From positions 6,054-70,053 of the forward strand of contig JBLINH010000001.1 in NCBI GenBank assembly GCA_047639165.1: a stretch of DNA of 64,000 nucleotides, written 5' to 3'. Within the stretch, counting starts at the first letter, position 1. The number at the start of each line of letters is the position of its first letter. This DNA comes from Minisyncoccia bacterium (GTDB lineage: Bacteria > Patescibacteriota > Minisyncoccia > Phycocordibacterales > JAACPR01). Positions 59,677 to 64,000 of the stretch are shown in pieces. The notes under the pieces were generated by a model. That model was not told the origin of the DNA. It was given only the letters and a program-made list of their open reading frames with translations, and searched no databases. The position numbers and the translations under genes were made by a program.

Positions 59677-60069
59677 CTAAACTCCTAACTTTTCAAATTT
59701 ACCATCATGTTCTGCTATTTTCTCATGATGGTGAGCCACAAGTTCAGATATTCCTTTTGTGTTATCTCTAAATTCTTCTATTAAGGCACCTGTATGCCTA
59801 TGGAACATTTCTATTACCTCATCGAAACGTTTGTCTACATCACTAAAACATAGATCTATATCGTCAAACTTTTTGTCTACATAATCAAAACGTTTATCTA
59901 CATCACTAAAACGTTTGTCTACATCATCAAAACGTTTGTCTACATCACTAAAACGTAGATCTATATCACTAAAACATAGATCTATATCGTCAAACTTTTT
60001 GTCTACACGTAAAAACTTTCCACCCATGTATCTTTTCAAGTATTCTTTTGTCACATAGTCATTCTTCAT
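59677..60069 (-). CDS. Coiled-coil heptad-repeat protein
   Basis: Nine [VI]D[KL][RKC]F[SD]x repeats; TG-A-TATGAT 7 nt before ATG 60069. Confidence 0.8.
   Translation of the reverse strand: MKNDYVTKEYLKRYMGGKFLRVDKKFDDIDLCFSDIDLRFSDVDKRFDDVDKRFSDVDKRFDYVDKKFDDIDLCFSDVDKRFDEVIEMFHRHTGALIEEFRDNTKGISELVAHHHEKIAEHDGKFEKLGV
59818..60006. repeat. 21-bp tandem repeat, 9 units
   Basis: Units such as ATCACTAAAACGTTTGTCTAC; units 1-2 recur as units 7-8. Confidence 0.9.
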
Positions 60070-60125
60070 TACCCACATCATATCATATGGGCATGAAGTA
60101 CTTTTCAACATAAAATAAAGGGACC

Positions 60126-61343
60126 TTAAAGATATTCTTTCAAAAATTCATCCCTATACTCCTCAAAACTATCATCTAAGATACTTTGCCTGATATCTTT
60201 CACAAGATTCACTATGAAGTACAAGTTATGTATTGAAGCCAGTGTTCCACTCAACATTTCTTTGGCCTTAAATAAATGATTCAGATATGATTTTGTGTAA
60301 CCCTTACAGGTGTAACATCCACAGTTATCAATCGGGGTGAAATCTTCGATAAACTTCTCATTATTTAAATTAATCTTTCCTTTCTTTGTATACACCTGAC
60401 CGTTCCTAGCAATCCTCGTTGCGGCTACACAATCAAAAAGATCACACCCTCGTTCAATAGCCATGAAGAAATCTTCCGGTTCACCAATCCCTAATAGGTG
60501 TCTTGGTTTTTCTTCAGGTAAAACCTCATTCACCCATTCTACTGCAGTAGACATATCTTCTTTTACAAAACTTCCTCCAATACCGTATCCATCAAAATCC
60601 ATCTCTCCTAAGAATTTAGCACTTTCTTTACGTAAGTCTTCATGGCGTCCTCCTTGAACAACACCGAACAAAGCTTGTCTTTTTGAGTTCTCTTTTGACT
60701 TATGAAAGTCCAAAGATTCTTTAGCCCATCTATGTGTCCTGTCCAATGCTCGTCCTTGATAGTGTTTTGATTCGGCAGGAGATGTACACTCATCAAAAGC
60801 AAATATTATATCAGCTCCAAGGTTGTGTTGAATCTCAATAGATTTAGATGGGGTGAAGTAGTGTGCTGACCCATCAATATGTGATCTGAAGGTTACTCCC
60901 TTCTCATCAATCTTCGCAGGTTTAAAATGCTTTGAAATTTCTCTACCATCTCCGTCATTATTCAGAGGAGCATTTAATTGTAGTTCCACTTCCCCTTTAG
61001 CTATCTTTGTAACTTGATGTCCAAAAGCTGCTCCAAGTGAAAATACTTGAAACCCTCCGGAATCGGTCATTAGTGGTTTGTCCCAATTCATATACTTATG
61101 CAACCCTCCACCTTTAGCTACTACTTCGTCTCCTGGTTGAAGATATAGGTGATATGTATTTGAGAGTGTTACTTCAGCACCAAGACCTTCCAACATTTCC
61201 GGTGTTAAGCCTTTTAGTGTTCCTTTTGTAGCAACAGGAACAAAAGCAGGAGTGTGTATCTTTCCGTGAAGTGTTTCAATTACACCAGCACGCATGAGTT
61301 TGCCTGTCTTCTTTACAATATTAAATTCTATTGGCTTTTCCAT
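60126..61343 (-). CDS. tgt: tRNA-guanine transglycosylase
   Basis: NTYHL, TDSGGFQVFSL, FDEC, VQGG, PRHLLGIG, D.FDCV, CGCYTC...H. Confidence 0.97.
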   Translation of the reverse strand: MEKPIEFNIVKKTGKLMRAGVIETLHGKIHTPAFVPVATKGTLKGLTPEMLEGLGAEVTLSNTYHLYLQPGDEVVAKGGGLHKYMNWDKPLMTDSGGFQVFSLGAAFGHQVTKIAKGEVELQLNAPLNNDGDGREISKHFKPAKIDEKGVTFRSHIDGSAHYFTPSKSIEIQHNLGADIIFAFDECTSPAESKHYQGRALDRTHRWAKESLDFHKSKENSKRQALFGVVQGGRHEDLRKESAKFLGEMDFDGYGIGGSFVKEDMSTAVEWVNEVLPEEKPRHLLGIGEPEDFFMAIERGCDLFDCVAATRIARNGQVYTKKGKINLNNEKFIEDFTPIDNCGCYTCKGYTKSYLNHLFKAKEMLSGTLASIHNLYFIVNLVKDIRQSILDDSFEEYRDEFLKEYL

Positions 61344-61399
61344 GTAAGTAGCATACTGACTAGTGTATTAAAATCAAGGACTTTGTTACAATGTTCGTA

Positions 61400-62083
61400 A
61401 TGAAACAAGAAAGACCTCAGAAATATAAACACCCAAAACCTCTAACTTTTAGTGAGTTGGACAAGGATATCCAAGAAAGAGTTGAAAGGATAAACGATGA
61501 GTTCAAAAGAGGTTTTGATTTCTTAAAGAAAAATGAAAGATCCGTAACATTCTTTGGATCAGCAAGAACAAGAGAAACCGAAGAAGACTACATACGCGCA
61601 ATGAGGATAGCTAGGAGAGTATCTAACGAACTTGGCTACGCAGTTGTAACAGGTGGTGGTCCTGGTATCATGCAAGCGGCAAACTGTGGCGCTGCAGATG
61701 GAAAATCTGTTGGACTGACAATAAAGTTACCTAGCGAACAATATACTAACTCATGTGTAACTGATCATATGGACTTTTACTATTTCTTTAGTAGAAAAGT
61801 ATGTCTTTCATTTGCTGCTGAAGCATATGTATATTTCCCAGGAGGTTTTGGAACACTAGATGAGTTGTTCGAAATACTAACTCTAGTTCAAACAAACAAG
61901 ATTGAGCGATTACCTATCATTTTAGTTGGTGAAAAATATTGGAAACCTCTAGACAAGTTTATACGTAAGCAACTACTTAAAGGTGAGAAAATAGATGAAA
62001 AAGATACTGATCTGTACACAATCACTGATGATGAGAACAAGATACTGGAGATGATTAAGTACGCACCTATACGAAGATTTTAA
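61400..62083 (+). CDS. LOG family (TIGR00730) nucleotide phosphoribohydrolase
   Basis: FGSAR, TGGGPGIM.AAN, G..I.LP.EQ, PGGFGTLDE; TG-T-TACAAT 7 nt before ATG 61400. Confidence 0.93.
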   Translation: MKQERPQKYKHPKPLTFSELDKDIQERVERINDEFKRGFDFLKKNERSVTFFGSARTRETEEDYIRAMRIARRVSNELGYAVVTGGGPGIMQAANCGAADGKSVGLTIKLPSEQYTNSCVTDHMDFYYFFSRKVCLSFAAEAYVYFPGGFGTLDELFEILTLVQTNKIERLPIILVGEKYWKPLDKFIRKQLLKGEKIDEKDTDLYTITDDENKILEMIKYAPIRRF

Positions 62084-62170
62084 TTGACTTTTGTGTGTTT
62101 TGTGATATAATATATAAAGGAGTGAGACAAAACGTCTTGCGATATAAACTTTAAAAAGGAGAACCGCATT

Positions 62171-62386
62171 ATGAAGAAGAACACCGCCGCATTATTGTTA
62201 TTGATAGGAGCTGGAATCATCTTAGCTATTTCAGGAAATAACGCAGTTCCTGAAATAGATAATGTACTCATGTTCAAGGAATACTCGAACATGAATCAAC
62301 TATCTACATGGTTCTTCAGAGCCATGTCTGCGATGTTAGTACTAGCGTCACTATTAATATTCTTCTCTCCAAAAAGTAGAATATAA
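62171..62386 (+). CDS. Small 2-TM orphan protein
   Basis: AAGGAG 9 nt before ATG; hairpin plus T-tract at 62397-62428. Confidence 0.7.
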   Translation: MKKNTAALLLLIGAGIILAISGNNAVPEIDNVLMFKEYSNMNQLSTWFFRAMSAMLVLASLLIFFSPKSRI

Positions 62387-62423
62387 CACCCACAGAGAAC
62401 ACCCTTCTACCGAGGGTGTTTTT

Positions 62424-63263
62424 TTATTTTTGCTTCACAACAACTTGTGGGAATGGGATCTCAATTCCTTCTTTATCAAAAGCATTCTTTAGTCTCTTTC
62501 TAAGTTCTCCAGACACCTCCCACTGTCTTTGAGGTTTTGTTTCACCTAATATTTTTATCATCACAGAAGAGTCTGCGAGCTCATTAACCCTAAGGAACTT
62601 AGGAGCTTTTGTGATCTTGTCAGAAAACTCTGGGTCTTTGGCAAGCTCTTCTCCTACTTTGTTTACTACTTTCTCCACATGATCTATATCAGCATCATAC
62701 GACACACCAATATCCATATTAACTCTAGAGAAAATCTTTGACTTATTAGAGACAGTACTAATTTCACCGTGAGGTACATAGTGCAGTGTTCCATCTAAGT
62801 CTCGAATTACAGTAACTCGTAAAGATACATCTTCAACTGTTCCACCTTTACCACCAATATCAATTGTATCTCCAACTCTGTATTGATTCTCAAGAATAAT
62901 AAAAAGTCCTGTAACAATATCTCGTATCAAATACTGTGCCCCAAAACCAACAGCAAGACCTATAACCCCAGCTCCAGCTATTAGAGGTGCTATATCTATA
63001 CCGAACTCTGAGATAATCATTAGCGTCACAACTAACCAAAGTATCACACTGAATGTACCGTTGAATATTTGGATAATAGTTTCCTCTCTTTTCTCCTCAG
63101 CTTCTTGTGATATGTGCATGTCAGAACGAATTAACTTTCTGGTTAATTTGTCGATAAAGAAGTTAGCTACTTTCTTTAGAATAATTCCTACCAAAAGTAT
63201 AGCTAGTATTTTAAGTCCATGTTCATTGAACCATGGCTCCAATGTTTTAATGATGTTCTCCAT
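62424..63263 (-). CDS. mscS: Small-conductance mechanosensitive channel family protein
   Basis: AGAG..GLA.GFGAQ..I.D...G, VGD.I, G.VE...LR.T, F...GI.IPFPQ. Confidence 0.95.
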   Translation of the reverse strand: MENIIKTLEPWFNEHGLKILAILLVGIILKKVANFFIDKLTRKLIRSDMHISQEAEEKREETIIQIFNGTFSVILWLVVTLMIISEFGIDIAPLIAGAGVIGLAVGFGAQYLIRDIVTGLFIILENQYRVGDTIDIGGKGGTVEDVSLRVTVIRDLDGTLHYVPHGEISTVSNKSKIFSRVNMDIGVSYDADIDHVEKVVNKVGEELAKDPEFSDKITKAPKFLRVNELADSSVMIKILGETKPQRQWEVSGELRKRLKNAFDKEGIEIPFPQVVVKQK

Positions 63264-63388
63264 AAATAATATTTAGTTTAATATCACTACAATATACCAA
63301 TATCTTTAAATATTAAAATAGAACCTTCGTTGTACTAAATTTGCATGTATAGTAAACTTTACATTAATTACTCGTAACTAAAAGACTT

Positions 63389-64000
63389 ATGACAAAGAAA
63401 ATAATTTTAATAATAGTCTTAATACTAGCTATCATGGGAATATCAAAATTAACGGGAGGCAGTGAAGATATAAATGACGGTCCTAATAAAAACTCTCAAC
63501 AAGCTTTTTTGGATATTAATTTGAAAACCAATACTTCAATATCTTCAATACCTCTTGAAGAAGTTTTAGGTGGTGGTCCTCCAAAAGATGGGATCCCTGC
63601 AATCATAGAACCTAAATTTATACCAGTCGCTGATGCAATAGAAGTTGAGGAAGGTGAAAGATTTGGAATTTCTGTAACCGTTGGAGAAACTTCTAGATTC
63701 TATCCATACAGTATTTTAGTTTGGCATGAGATTGTAAACGATGTTATTGAAGAACAAGATGTCTTAGTAACATTCTGTCCTCTTTGTGGATCAGGAATTG
63801 TATTTGATTCTACTGGAAAAACTTTTGGTGTATCAGGAAAACTATGGCAATCAAATCTCCTAATGTACGATCACGAAACAGAAACTCTTTGGTCACAAAG
63901 TATTGGTACAGCAGTGGTTGGTGAAAAGACAGGTGAAAAACTTGATATATTTCCGTCACAACTCATCTCATTCGATGAGTTCAGTGAGAAGCACCCCGAT
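63389..64000 (+). CDS. DUF3179-family thioredoxin-like membrane-anchored protein (3'-truncated by window; not in ORF track)
   Basis: GGPPKDGIPAI..P.F, YP..IL.WHEIVND, VTFCPLCGSG, FGVSGKL..SNLLMYD..T.TLWSQ. Confidence 0.9.
   Translation, partial: MTKKIILIIVLILAIMGISKLTGGSEDINDGPNKNSQQAFLDINLKTNTSISSIPLEEVLGGGPPKDGIPAIIEPKFIPVADAIEVEEGERFGISVTVGETSRFYPYSILVWHEIVNDVIEEQDVLVTFCPLCGSGIVFDSTGKTFGVSGKLWQSNLLMYDHETETLWSQSIGTAVVGEKTGEKLDIFPSQLISFDEFSEKHPD

Noticed and set aside
59818-60006. Possible CRISPR array
   Set aside because: Contiguous in-frame 21-bp units with no unique spacers, and no cas genes in the window
1005-62428. Intergenic hairpins as a REP/MITE or attC family
   Set aside because: The stems share no common sequence; positions and A/T tails fit ordinary intrinsic terminators
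5145-63276. Many antisense ORFs in the track (e.g. 11034-11693, 20829-21251, 28462-28920, 45863-46342, 58897-59265)
   Set aside because: Shadow frames of well-supported genes, with Ser/Phe/Ile-rich composition typical of antisense translation
1-64000. Alternative genetic code 25 (TGA read as Gly)
   Set aside because: Conserved genes are full length under code 11 and several end in TGA

Overview
AT-rich bacterial chromosome segment in genetic code 11 (TGA used as stop). Gene content and protein style point to a Patescibacteria/CPR genome, most likely Parcubacteria (inference: short L13 and AlaRS, CPR-type hypotheticals, L9 present). Almost all genes from 2.7 kb onward are on the minus strand. 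Core content: cell-wall cluster (mraY, ftsW, murG, gltX, M23 peptidase, femX-like, dacA-like), scpAB, trpS, grpE-dnaK-dnaJ, infA-rpsM-rpsK-rpsD-rpoA-rplQ-rplM-rpsI (no rpmJ), alaS, mnmA, two mltG, leuS, ychF, tRNA-Ala(TGC), a ddl-like gene, uvrCAB, tgt, LOG, mscS. Best leads: (1) at the strand-convergence point (2.4-3.4 kb), a PD-(D/E)XK-type nuclease gene is bracketed by exact 14-bp inverted repeats resembling Xer/dif half-sites, next to a GC-rich structured element and a DnaA box; (2) a four-hairpin 5' leader before a lytic transglycosylase (candidate riboswitch); (3) a gene split at a perfect A_AAA_AAG slippery heptamer followed directly by a stop; (4) pervasive leaderless-type promoters on core genes, while several orphan inserts carry Shine-Dalgarno motifs; (5) a relic islet integrated in tRNA-Ala; (6) a Ddl homologue missing catalytic residues; (7) an actin-fold plus baseplate-J-like gene pair and an ATP-cone nuclease. 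All family calls come from motif recognition by eye; no searches were run.
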